A DNA stretch of 45,807 nt from Acidimicrobium sp. UBA3029 (GTDB taxonomy: Bacteria > Actinomycetota > Acidimicrobiia > Acidimicrobiales > Ilumatobacteraceae): the NCBI GenBank assembly GCA_002367695.1, contig DFDK01000114.1, positions 41,338-87,144 of the forward strand, in the 5' to 3' direction. Position numbers and translations under genes: made by a program. Of this stretch, positions 18,615 to 27,598 are shown piece by piece (the first letter of the stretch is position 1; every line of letters starts with the position of its first letter). A model generated the notes under the pieces. It did not search any database, was not told the origin of the DNA, and saw nothing but the letters and a program-made list of their open reading frames with translations.

Positions 18615-19649
18615 CTACTCGAAGGAGGTCTGTGCAGTCAATCCTTTCATGGCTTCGATGTTGTCAAGAGTCATGCCACAACCGAGCACTACCGAGAACA
18701 ATGGCTCAGGAGCCAAAAATGCATGTATGCCGGTGTCGTGCGTAACACGTTCGGCGAGCCCCGTCAATAATGCCCCGCCACCAGACAGTGTCAGACCGTG
18801 TCCAATAATGTCGGCCGCCAACTCTGGTGGGGTGCGCTCAAGCGTTGTCTTAATTGCATCAACAATTGCTGTCACACCAGGATCAATTGCGCTGCGAACA
18901 TCTTCGCTTGTTACCACTTGTGTACGTGGCAAACCACTCAAGGTGTCTCTGCCACCAACATCAGCAGTGAGCTCTTCTGCAAGTGGCCACGCCGAACCGA
19001 GTTGCAGTTTTACTTCTTCTGCGGTGTTCTCGCCAACATCCAAAGAAAATTCGCGCTTAAACATCTCAACGATTGCTTGGTTGAGTTCGTCACCAGCAAC
19101 ACGTGCCGAATACGCAGTCACGATGCCACCCATCGAAATCACTGCGACTTCTGTAGTTCCGCCACCAATATCAACGATCAAACTTGCGCTTGGAAGATGC
19201 ACTGGTAATCCAGCACCAATTGCCGCGGCCATTGGTTCTTCAATGATGTACACCGGTCGTCGAGCACCAGCAAACTCTGCAGCCTCCTGCACTGCACGCC
19301 GTTCGACGCCCGTAATTTCGGATGGCACACAGATGATCATTCGTGGCTTATTCCATCTACTCGTGTGTACCTGTTGGATAAAGTAACGAAGCATTTTTTC
19401 ACACACATCGAAATCGGCGATCACTCCGTCTTGCAGTGGGCGCACTAAGCGAATGTTTTGCGGAGCACGTCCCCACATTCGCTTGGCCTCAAAACCAACA
19501 GCCACGAGCTCACCCGTTCGACTGTCTACAGCCACCGATGACGGCTCATTTAGTACAACGCCCTCGCCTTTTACATACACAAGCGTGTTGGCGGTGCCCA
19601 AGTCGATGGCAATGTCACGTCCTAACGAAAGTCCGCCCCCACCAGCCAT
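18615..19649 (-). CDS. mreB: actin-like rod shape protein MreB
   Basis: IAIDLGTANTLVY, VVDIGGGTTEVAVIS and LSGGGALL are canonical MreB/actin-fold motifs. Confidence 0.95.
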   Translation of the reverse strand: MAGGGGLSLGRDIAIDLGTANTLVYVKGEGVVLNEPSSVAVDSRTGELVAVGFEAKRMWGRAPQNIRLVRPLQDGVIADFDVCEKMLRYFIQQVHTSRWNKPRMIICVPSEITGVERRAVQEAAEFAGARRPVYIIEEPMAAAIGAGLPVHLPSASLIVDIGGGTTEVAVISMGGIVTAYSARVAGDELNQAIVEMFKREFSLDVGENTAEEVKLQLGSAWPLAEELTADVGGRDTLSGLPRTQVVTSEDVRSAIDPGVTAIVDAIKTTLERTPPELAADIIGHGLTLSGGGALLTGLAERVTHDTGIHAFLAPEPLFSVVLGCGMTLDNIEAMKGLTAQTSFE

Positions 19650-19735
19650 GCTTTGGTCTCCTTAGCGCGCCAACGCCGTGGCTTAGCGCGCGATCAATGA
19701 ATAAATCCTACCTAACACTGCTGATCAATTAGGTT

Positions 19736-20146
19736 CTACAGATTTGGAAAGAAGATCCCAATTTCGCGAGCCGCAGATGCCGCAGAGTCACTTCCGTGAA
19801 TTAAGTTTTCGGTAAACATCGTGCCGTAATCACCACGAATAGTGCCCGGTGCTGCAGCCTTCGGATTTGTTGCGCCCATCATGGTGCGCAACACTTCCCA
19901 CGCATCTTCGGGTCCTTCGACCACAAGCGCTACTACTGGGCCTCGAGACATGAAAGCCACGAGCTCAGGGTAAAAACCCTTTCCCTTGTGCTCCTCGTAG
20001 TGGCGCTCCAAAATTGCGGCATTCAACGTGCGCAACTCCATTGCCACAATCCTTAAACCTTTAGTTTCAAACCTTGAGAGAATGCTTCCGACCAGACCAC
20101 GTTCGACCGCATCTGGCTTGAGTAGGACAAGTGTTTTGGTGCTCAT
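19736..20146 (-). CDS. ndk: nucleoside diphosphate kinase
   Basis: TLVLLKPDAVERGLVG..GTIRGD..NLIHGSDS, which contains the catalytic His motif. Confidence 0.95.
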   Translation of the reverse strand: MSTKTLVLLKPDAVERGLVGSILSRFETKGLRIVAMELRTLNAAILERHYEEHKGKGFYPELVAFMSRGPVVALVVEGPEDAWEVLRTMMGATNPKAAAPGTIRGDYGTMFTENLIHGSDSAASAAREIGIFFPNL

Positions 20147-20148
20147 TT

Positions 20149-21441
20149 TTATAGTTTACGGCGCAAGTAGGTCCGAGCACTACCCACGACATACAAACTT
20201 CCCGCCACCAATACGGCATCTTCTTCGCGAGCAATGCTCAATGCTTTATCGCACGCAGCCTCAATAGTTTCACACACCACAACCTGTTCGCAACCCATTT
20301 GTTTTGCAGCGCTACCTAAATCATTTGCCGCAAGACCGCGAGGCGATGGTGCTGTACAACAAATCAAAACATCAAACTCATCTGCACGTAGTGCCGAGAG
20401 CAGCATCTGTGGATCCCGACCTCTGAGCGCTCCAACCACCAAGATTCGTTTTCCCTCTGGGGAAAAATCATCAAAAAATACTTGAGCACAGACATCGGCA
20501 CCTGCCGGATTATGCGCTCCATCAATCACCACAAGCGGTCCGCGACCGAGCACTTCAAATCGGCCAGGCATTTTGACTGCCGCAAACCCCTCGCGTATCA
20601 CTTCAACATCCAGCACTTTTCCAAAAAATTCTTCTACCGCAGCCAGCGCGATCGAAGCGTTGTCGCCCTGATGCTGCCCGTGCAGTGGCAGTGGCAATTC
20701 TTTATATACCGCACGCTCTGTACGCACATCAATCATCCGACCGCCAACAGCTAATTCGTTTTCAGAAATTTCAAAGTCGTTCCCACGAAGCAAAACCGCA
20801 GTTGACTCGGCAGCATTCCAAATTTCACGCAGCTCTTCGTTGGTATCACCCACCACGAGCACGCTTCCGGGTTTCGAGATACCAACTTTTTCAAAAGCGA
20901 TATCTTCCAATCGTGGTCCAGCGAATTCAGTGTGATCCAAAGCGATGTTCGTAATTACCGCAACAGACGAATTTACAACGTTGGTTGCATCCCATCTTCC
21001 GAGCATTCCCACCTCAATTACGGCAACGTCAACAGCTGTGTCGGCAAAATACCGAAAGGCTGTTGCCGTCAGAATCTCAAAATACGAGGGTCGCACTCCA
21101 CCAATGACTTCAATATCGGCGATGGCAGCAACGCAGTCTGCAAAATCCTGCTCACTGATTGGTTCATTGTTGCGCGAAATTCGCTCAGTCAATGCCTCTA
21201 AATGTGGGCTCGTATATGTACCAACTTGCAGACCATGGGCTATCAATAGCTGTGTGATGATCTGTGTCGTCGAGCCTTTGCCGTTAGTGCCAGTGACGTG
21301 GATCACGGGATAACTCAAGTGTGGCTGACCCATCAAATCCATAAACGTCTCGATGTTGACAAGCGATGGAGAATCGACGCGACCAGTTTTTTCGTAGCTG
21401 GCGTGCTCGTCTAAATAGTTGAGTGCCTCGCCGTATTGCAT
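20149..21441 (-). CDS. folC: bifunctional folylpolyglutamate synthase / dihydrofolate synthase
   Basis: Mur-ligase P-loop HVTGTNGKGST and FolC-type central and C-terminal domains (VIDGAHNPAG). Confidence 0.9.
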   Translation of the reverse strand: MQYGEALNYLDEHASYEKTGRVDSPSLVNIETFMDLMGQPHLSYPVIHVTGTNGKGSTTQIITQLLIAHGLQVGTYTSPHLEALTERISRNNEPISEQDFADCVAAIADIEVIGGVRPSYFEILTATAFRYFADTAVDVAVIEVGMLGRWDATNVVNSSVAVITNIALDHTEFAGPRLEDIAFEKVGISKPGSVLVVGDTNEELREIWNAAESTAVLLRGNDFEISENELAVGGRMIDVRTERAVYKELPLPLHGQHQGDNASIALAAVEEFFGKVLDVEVIREGFAAVKMPGRFEVLGRGPLVVIDGAHNPAGADVCAQVFFDDFSPEGKRILVVGALRGRDPQMLLSALRADEFDVLICCTAPSPRGLAANDLGSAAKQMGCEQVVVCETIEAACDKALSIAREEDAVLVAGSLYVVGSARTYLRRKL

Positions 21442-21458
21442 GTTGCGCAGGCTAGTTC

Positions 21459-22736
21459 TTAAGAAGCGGCGCGGCGCTGACGAGTCACGCGAGTATTTCG
21501 CATCACCAGTTCAGGACTCGACTTCGTAGTTATTGATTTTTCGTCAAACACCACACGTGCAACGTCGGTGCGACCAGGTATTTCGTACATCGTATTCAGC
21601 AATACCTCTTCCAAAATTGCGCGTAGCCCGCGAGCACCGGTGCCTCGCAACAATGCTTGCTCAGCAATTGCAACAAGAGCATCCGGAGTTACTTCAAGTT
21701 CGATATCTTCAAACTCAAAAAACTTCTGATACTGCTTGAGCAAAGCATTTTTGGGTTCTGTCAAAATCGAGATTAATGCTGCCTTATCAAGACTGTGTAC
21801 TGCGCCGACCATTGGCAAACGTCCAATAAATTCTGGAATCATTCCGAATTTCAACAAGTCTTCCGGCAAAACTTGAGCGAACAATTGTCCCGGATCCTTC
21901 TCTGATTTCGAGCGCACCTCGGCATGAAAACCAACACCCTTGTGACCAATGCGATTTTCGATGATTGTGTCGAGACCTGCGAACGCACCACCAACAATAA
22001 ACAGCACGTTTGTGGTATCTATTTGAATGAATTCTTGGTGTGGATGCTTGCGACCGCCCTGTGGTGGCACCGATGCAACCGTGCCTTCAAGGATCTTTAG
22101 CAACGCTTGCTGAACGCCCTCACCCGAGACATCCCGTGTTATCGAAGGGTTCTCACTCTTACGTGCGACCTTGTCGATTTCGTCGATATACACGATGCCC
22201 ATCTCTGCACGCTTCACGTCAAAATCGGCAGCCTGTAACAACTTGAGCAGAATGTTCTCAACGTCTTCACCCACGTATCCGGCTTCGGTGAGCGCAGTTG
22301 CATCGGCAATCGCAAATGGAACATTGAGCAGCCTGGCGAGTGTTTGGGCCATATGTGTCTTGCCACATCCAGTTGGACCAAGCAGCAAGATGTTGCTCTT
22401 TTGCAGTTCAACTTCGTCGCGACGAGCATTGCCCGAATTTTTATATTTAATACGGCGATAGTGGTTGAACACCGCAACGGCCAAAACCTTCTTCGCTTGC
22501 TCTTGACCGACAACGTATTCATCCAAAAATGCGCGGATATCGCGCGGGATTGGAAGCTCTTCTAAACCAACTTCAGCTGCTTGACCAAACTCTTCGTCAA
22601 CAATCTCGTTGCACAACTCAATGCACTCGTCGCAAATGTGCACTCCAGGACCAGCAATAAGTTTTTTAACTTGCTTTTGCGACTTGCCACAAAAGGCACA
22701 CTTAATCAGTTCGGCTGTATCACCAAATTTGGCCAT
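21459..22736 (-). CDS. clpX: ATP-dependent Clp protease ATP-binding subunit ClpX
   Basis: N-terminal zinc finger [17 protein letters not shown], Walker A GPTGCGKT, Walker [13 protein letters not shown]-type loop [10 protein letters not shown]. Confidence 0.97.
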   Translation of the reverse strand: MAKFGDTAELIKCAFCGKSQKQVKKLIAGPGVHICDECIELCNEIVDEEFGQAAEVGLEELPIPRDIRAFLDEYVVGQEQAKKVLAVAVFNHYRRIKYKNSGNARRDEVELQKSNILLLGPTGCGKTHMAQTLARLLNVPFAIADATALTEAGYVGEDVENILLKLLQAADFDVKRAEMGIVYIDEIDKVARKSENPSITRDVSGEGVQQALLKILEGTVASVPPQGGRKHPHQEFIQIDTTNVLFIVGGAFAGLDTIIENRIGHKGVGFHAEVRSKSEKDPGQLFAQVLPEDLLKFGMIPEFIGRLPMVGAVHSLDKAALISILTEPKNALLKQYQKFFEFEDIELEVTPDALVAIAEQALLRGTGARGLRAILEEVLLNTMYEIPGRTDVARVVFDEKSITTKSSPELVMRNTRVTRQRRAAS

Positions 22737-22753
22737 GAGTCAGTTTCCAGTGC

Positions 22754-23392
22754 TCAGCGAATCGGGCCAGTGCGGTCGGCATGGGTACGAGCAGTGATGA
22801 TCTCATCAATCACTCCGTATTCAAGAGCGGCAGGTGCTTCAAGAACAAAGTCACGATCGGTGTCGTTGTGTACACGCTCAACCGATTGACCAGTGTGCTC
22901 CGCCAAAATTCCTTCGAGTAATTCGCGCATCCGTAAAATTTCACGAGCTGCCAACTCGAGGTCGGTTACTTGGCTATAGCCAACTTGACCATATGGCTGG
23001 TGCAACAAGACTCGCGAGTGAGGCAATGCCAGGCGCTTGCCTTTCGTGCCAGCGGCAAGCAAGACAGCGGCGGCCGACGCTGCCTGACCAAGACAAATAG
23101 TTGCAATGTCATTCTTGATGAATTGCATGGTGTCGTAGATCGCAAACAGCGCCGTGATGTCTCCACCAGGGCTATTGATGTAGATGTTGATGTCTTTGTC
23201 GGGGTTTTCACTCTCAAGGTGAATCAACTGTGCACAAATGAGGTTGGCAATGGTGTCGTCAATTGGAGTGCCAAGAAAAATAATATTCTCTTTAAGCAAC
23301 CTGCTGTACAAGTCAGACGTGCGCTCTCCACGGCTTGTCTGCTCGGTGACATTGGGAACGTAATAGTTCCGCATCACATTTTCTTCACGCAT
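22754..23392 (-). CDS. clpP: ATP-dependent Clp protease proteolytic subunit
   Basis: [25 protein letters not shown], with catalytic Ser (GQAASAAA), His (LLHQP) and Asp (DTDRD) all present. AAGGAGA lies 7 nt before the ATG. Confidence 0.95.
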   Translation of the reverse strand: MREENVMRNYYVPNVTEQTSRGERTSDLYSRLLKENIIFLGTPIDDTIANLICAQLIHLESENPDKDINIYINSPGGDITALFAIYDTMQFIKNDIATICLGQAASAAAVLLAAGTKGKRLALPHSRVLLHQPYGQVGYSQVTDLELAAREILRMRELLEGILAEHTGQSVERVHNDTDRDFVLEAPAALEYGVIDEIITARTHADRTGPIR

Positions 23393-23470
23393 AACGCCGT
23401 CTCCTTACAAGGTGTCTATCCGGTGGCCAACTGCACCACCGATTGTCTAGATAGTAGTTGCACGGCTTGC

Positions 23471-24823
23471 TTATTCGGTGGAATCCCCTTGTGACTCATC
23501 ACCGAATAGATCATCAGCATCGATTGCGTTACCCTCTGGGTCTACAAGGGCCGAATTGCGCAGCAACCAATCAACGGCTTGTGATTTGTGAATTTGGGCG
23601 GCCAGTTCGGTCAACGCATCGTTCTCTTGGTAGGCCTTGCGTACTTGATTGACCTTGCGGCCAACCTGCAGCGCAATGCGCTCAATTTCTAGTTCGATGT
23701 CATCTTCGCTGGCGGTAATCGCTTGAGCAACCGCTACTGCACGTAGCGCAAGATCAACTTTTACCGCTTTTTGTGACTCGGTGCGCAAATTCTCGATGAA
23801 GCTCTCAGTTGTTTGACCAGTTGCAGACAACCATTGATCGATCGCAACACCTTGCGACTGAAACTGTTCAACAGTATTGCGCACTCTCGCCTGCAGATCA
23901 CTAGCAATCATTGCTTCTGGAATTTCGATCGTTACCAGTTCCGCCAACGCAGAAGTAGTGCGCTCCACAAACACGCTTCGTGTTTGATTGAGTTTGATTT
24001 CTTCGAGGCGCTTGCGCAAAGAAGCCTTCCATGCTTCAACTGTTTCAAACTCCGAAACGTGCTCAGCGACCCACTCGTCAGTCAAGTCATCGAGCACCAT
24101 TTCTTGCACTTTTTTCACAACGACTGTCATCTCAGCAACGTCGGTTGTTCCATTTGGTGCCTCAGAGTAAGTAATCGTCGAATCCAACTTTTCGCCGATC
24201 AATTTCTCATCGAAGCTTGCAGATACCCATCCTTTGCCAACTTCGTATGCCCAGTCTTCAACGTTGAGTCCTGGCACCGGAGTACCTTCGCGGGTTCCGC
24301 TCAAGTCGAGCGACACATGGTCGCCCTTTGCAATCGCCCGACCATTTTCTACATCTTTCAGAACACCATGACGTGCACGCTCAGACTTCATTGAATCATC
24401 AACGTCTTCATCTTTAACAAGCAGCGCTGGAAGTTCGATCCGCAAACCGTTGTAACCAGGAACAGTCACAATTGGTCGCACTTCGCACGTTGCATCAAAA
24501 CCCAAGATGCCCTCTTCTTCGCCCTTTGTCACTTCAATCTGCGGAGTCGCAATCAGATCGACATCATGTTCGCGCACGGCTTGTGCCAAATACTCAGGGA
24601 TGGAATCCTGGATCGCTTGCGACCTCGCAGCGCCGAGTCCGATCTGGGCTTGCAACAATTGTCGCGGAGCCTTGCCTTGGCGAAACCCAGGAATTCGGAT
24701 CTCATTTGCGATCTTGCGGAAGGCCTTATCGATGTTTCGATCGAATTCGACCTCGTCAATTTCCACTGACAGTTTAACTTTGTTGCCCTCGAGGGTCTCA
24801 ATGATGCTTTTCACAGAGCGCAA
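23471..24823 (-). CDS. tig: trigger factor
   Basis: N-terminal ribosome-binding domain with IPGFRQGKAPRQLL, a central PPIase-like region and an acidic C-terminal tail. The start is TTG at 24821-24823, or possibly GTG three codons in. Confidence 0.9.
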   Translation of the reverse strand: MRSVKSIIETLEGNKVKLSVEIDEVEFDRNIDKAFRKIANEIRIPGFRQGKAPRQLLQAQIGLGAARSQAIQDSIPEYLAQAVREHDVDLIATPQIEVTKGEEEGILGFDATCEVRPIVTVPGYNGLRIELPALLVKDEDVDDSMKSERARHGVLKDVENGRAIAKGDHVSLDLSGTREGTPVPGLNVEDWAYEVGKGWVSASFDEKLIGEKLDSTITYSEAPNGTTDVAEMTVVVKKVQEMVLDDLTDEWVAEHVSEFETVEAWKASLRKRLEEIKLNQTRSVFVERTTSALAELVTIEIPEAMIASDLQARVRNTVEQFQSQGVAIDQWLSATGQTTESFIENLRTESQKAVKVDLALRAVAVAQAITASEDDIELEIERIALQVGRKVNQVRKAYQENDALTELAAQIHKSQAVDWLLRNSALVDPEGNAIDADDLFGDESQGDSTE

Positions 24824-24841
24824 AGTGTACCCTTTTCAGTT

Positions 24842-25114
24842 GTGACAGCCTCATGGAAACCACATTCACTTGCCACACCGCATCTTGGTCAGATCGACCT
24901 CAAAAACGGTGACACCGTGCAACTCACTGTCGATCTAGAAGGGTTACCAGCTGGCAGCGAGGGCAAAGTCATTTTGGCCAATGGTTTCAATTGGCTCCGC
25001 TATCGCGTGCGTTTTGCAAATGGAACCGAAGTAGGTGATCTTGACCACCGCAATATTGCGCCGATTGGTAAGACCGCTCGCCGTCTTGAGCGCGCCGCCA
25101 AGCGCGCACTATAA
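24842..25114 (+). CDS. hypothetical small protein (90 aa, GTG start)
   Basis: The only long ORF in an otherwise empty 330-nt gap. Codon pattern looks coding and I recognised no family. The start sits 18 nt from the divergent tig start, so the start is doubtful. Confidence 0.4.
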   Translation: MTASWKPHSLATPHLGQIDLKNGDTVQLTVDLEGLPAGSEGKVILANGFNWLRYRVRFANGTEVGDLDHRNIAPIGKTARRLERAAKRAL

Positions 25115-25153
25115 AACGCCACAAATTTCATAACTCGTAGTACCGTTCGCGCT

Positions 25154-26329
25154 ATGGCATCACCGAACGACCTTCGCAACCGATTTCCTGGCGCACGCAA
25201 CGATTGGGCTCGCTTCGACGGTCCGGCAGGTACGCAGATGGTTGATGCGGCAATTCGCGCGATGAGCGACTTTGCAAGTTCGGGATCAAACGCAAATACT
25301 GGTGGTTATTTTTCTTCTGCTCACGATTGCGATGCGCTACTTGACCGAACACGTCAAGTTGTTGGCACATTGTTTGGCGCAGACCCAGAGGGCATTTGTT
25401 TTGGCGCCAACATGACAACGATGACAATGGCGTTCACTCGCGCTGTTGCTCGAACACTAAAACCAGGCGACAGAGTAGTCGGCACGAAACTCGACCACGA
25501 TGCAAACGTTTCTCCGTGGCGCATTGCGTGTGAACTCTCTGGCGCCGAACATATTCTCGCCCCGTTCAGTACCACTACATTTATGCTTGATACCGAAGCA
25601 ATGCTCAAGATGATCACGCCCAACACCAAATGGGTTGCAATCACTGGCGCATCAAACCTGCTGGGCACAGCGCCAGATCTCAAGCCAATCATCGATGCAG
25701 CACACGATGTCGGTGCGCGAGTCTTTGTCGATGCGGTGCACTTGGCTGTGCATCAGCCGATCGATATTGCCCAACTCGGCTGTGACGTTCTGGCCACCTC
25801 GCCATACAAGTGGTACGGCCCTCATGCCGGCGTGCTCTGTGTTAATCCGGATTTGCTCAATTCATTACCTGTCGCCAAAGTTCGTCCAGCAGAGAATGTT
25901 GGTCCGCGCAGGTTCGAGACTGGTACCCCAAACTTTGAAGGCATTGCTGCAGTAGAAGCAGCTGCACGCTTTTTGCTTGAAGAGGACATGCACAAGATCA
26001 TGACCTACGAGAACGATATTTTTTCTCCGTTACTTTCTGGATTGCTGGCCATCGACAACGTCAAGGTCTGGGGTATCCCAACTCTTCAAGGAAGAACCCC
26101 CACTGTCTCATTCACTATTGATGGGCACCACCCCGACCATGTCGCCCAGGTACTTGCCGACGCTCGCATTGCAGTGTGGTCAGGCAGTTCGTACGCAGTT
26201 GAAGCCGTCGAACAACTCGGACTCACTGAGAGCGGCGGCGTAGTTCGTGCAGGAATCACGAGATATGTCACGAGCGATGATGTCTCACGATTGCTACAAG
26301 TTGTGACTTCACTCGCGTCTCATAACTAG
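25154..26329 (+). CDS. class-V aminotransferase, cysteine desulfurase-like protein
   Basis: PLP fold with HDANVSPW and a PLP-lysine context ATSPYKWYGPH. It resembles the cysteine desulfurase-like group rather than SufS/IscS. Confidence 0.75.
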   Translation: MASPNDLRNRFPGARNDWARFDGPAGTQMVDAAIRAMSDFASSGSNANTGGYFSSAHDCDALLDRTRQVVGTLFGADPEGICFGANMTTMTMAFTRAVARTLKPGDRVVGTKLDHDANVSPWRIACELSGAEHILAPFSTTTFMLDTEAMLKMITPNTKWVAITGASNLLGTAPDLKPIIDAAHDVGARVFVDAVHLAVHQPIDIAQLGCDVLATSPYKWYGPHAGVLCVNPDLLNSLPVAKVRPAENVGPRRFETGTPNFEGIAAVEAAARFLLEEDMHKIMTYENDIFSPLLSGLLAIDNVKVWGIPTLQGRTPTVSFTIDGHHPDHVAQVLADARIAVWSGSSYAVEAVEQLGLTESGGVVRAGITRYVTSDDVSRLLQVVTSLASHN

Positions 26330-26355
26330 TTCGCATCGCTAGTATTACTCAAGTC

Positions 26356-26428
26356 CGGGGAGTGGCGCAGTTGGTAGCGTGCCTGGTTTGGGACCAGGAG
26401 GCCGGGGGTTCAAGTCCCCCCTCCCCGA
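26356..26428 (+). tRNA. tRNA-Pro (anticodon UGG)
   Basis: I folded the cloverleaf by hand. Acceptor stem CGGGGAG/CTCCCCG, D stem GCGC/GCGT, anticodon stem CCTGG/CCAGG with loop TTTGGGA, T arm GGGGG-TTCAAGT-CCCCC, discriminator A. CCA is not encoded. Confidence 0.93.
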
Positions 26429-26449
26429 CAAAGTAATACGGAATTAGTT

Positions 26450-26869
26450 ATGACGCCCGCTTCCACACCCACTTCCAACCCGGAAATCGACGGCGCAAAA
26501 TACGTTTCGTTTGTCTCATTCCGTAAATCCGGCGAAGCCGTAGCCACCCCGGTATGGATTGCACCATTTGAAGACGGATACGGGTTCACGATTGAGAGCA
26601 CATCGGGCAAAGCAAAGCGACTCGCCCACACTTCTCGAGCCACTATTCAGGCGTGCAATGCCAAGGGCGTCATCACACCTGGCGCAACCATCTACAACTG
26701 CTCTGCATCGCTTGTATTGCACGAACGCGCAGAAGAAGTACGCGATGTAATTGCACACAAATATGGCACGACCTACAAATTATTTTCAATCTATTTGTGG
26801 TTTACTTCCCGTTTTGGAAAGTCAAAAGGACTCCCCGAAGCTGCGGTGATTCTAAAAATCACGCCATAA
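26450..26869 (+). CDS. PPOX-class (pyridoxamine 5'-phosphate oxidase fold) probable F420-dependent enzyme
   Basis: KYVSFVSFRKSGEAVATPVWIA..GYGFTIESTSGKAKRLAHTSRATIQAC matches the small (about 135 aa) actinobacterial PPOX/F420 family. Confidence 0.7.
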   Translation: MTPASTPTSNPEIDGAKYVSFVSFRKSGEAVATPVWIAPFEDGYGFTIESTSGKAKRLAHTSRATIQACNAKGVITPGATIYNCSASLVLHERAEEVRDVIAHKYGTTYKLFSIYLWFTSRFGKSKGLPEAAVILKITP

Positions 26870-26873
26870 AGCT

Positions 26874-27492
26874 TCAGCGAGTAACTGGATACTTCGCCGA
26901 CTTCGCGCTCATCTCACTCTCAATTTGATGAGTTGTTGGAAGCTGTGCTCCGAACCGTTCGGGTAATTGACGTACAAGTTGATACTCCGCGATTCCGACG
27001 TCCACCCCGCACAGCAACATCTCCAAAATTGCTCACAGCAGTTCCAACCCTGCTGCGAAATTCAGTCTTAATCTTGTCCTCTAGAATCGCTCTTGACCAA
27101 CCGTTTGCACGTGTCTCTCGCGCATACCACTCTCGATGTTCGGTTGAACGAACTTTTGTGATGAGAACAACAATATGAAACCACGGCAATTGGTCAGCAG
27201 CCTGCTGACCAATTTGGCCATCTGGACATTTTTCCGCAAAAGACTTCATGTATTTAAGATTTGACACCGAAAACCCCTTTATTCCAGGAAATATCGATTG
27301 GAGGTCTGCTGAGAGTCGTGCAACCACCTTGGAGCCCCAACCGTTTCGTTTTTGTCGCAAAAGAATTTCAGTTCCCATGTGAAGATATAGCGCAATCATT
27401 TCTGCGTTGACTGCCAACGTTGCGTTTTGATGTGCGCCAACGATCCGAGATTTCAATGATGCGAGGAGTAGTTCGTAGTCATGCGAATTCAC
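26874..27492 (-). pseudogene. DUF1016 (YhcG-like PD-(D/E)XK nuclease) gene remnant lacking its nuclease core
   Basis: The N-terminal 150 aa match the DUF1016 N-domain (GWGSKVVARLSADLQSIFPGIKGFSVSNLKYMKSFAE..LPWFHIVVLI..REWYARETRANGWSR). After ..SNF the frame runs into nonsense. A shifted frame then reads GIAEYQLVRQLPERFGAQLPTTHQIESEM, which resembles the family C-terminus. The roughly 170 residues normally between these parts are absent. Confidence 0.6.
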
Positions 27493-27598
27493 TTCCGACT
27501 CAATGTTGGTCGGCGCAGAATTCTGCTTGTTGTTTATCCGAGGTGTTGTGATATCCCCATGTGTGCGGACACACCTTCAGAAATGCAGTTGACTAGCA

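Noticed and set aside
18580-19386. 268-aa plus-strand ORF fully antisense to mreB
   Set aside because: The translation is Ser/Ala/Pro/Thr-rich low complexity with no recognisable motif. The opposite strand encodes a canonical MreB, so this is a typical shadow ORF of a well-conserved gene.
23393-23470. CGGTGG..CCACCG hairpin between tig and clpP as a terminator
   Set aside because: It has a 6-bp stem and a 9-nt loop but no U-tract on the minus strand. It is too weak to call.
26429-27598. Possible integrated genomic island at tRNA-Pro
   Set aside because: I saw no integrase, excisionase or phage-like gene, and no second copy of the tRNA 3' end by eye. Only the decayed DUF1016 gene hints at past insertion, so this is at most a scar. 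A computed search for a direct repeat of 26405-26428 elsewhere would settle it.
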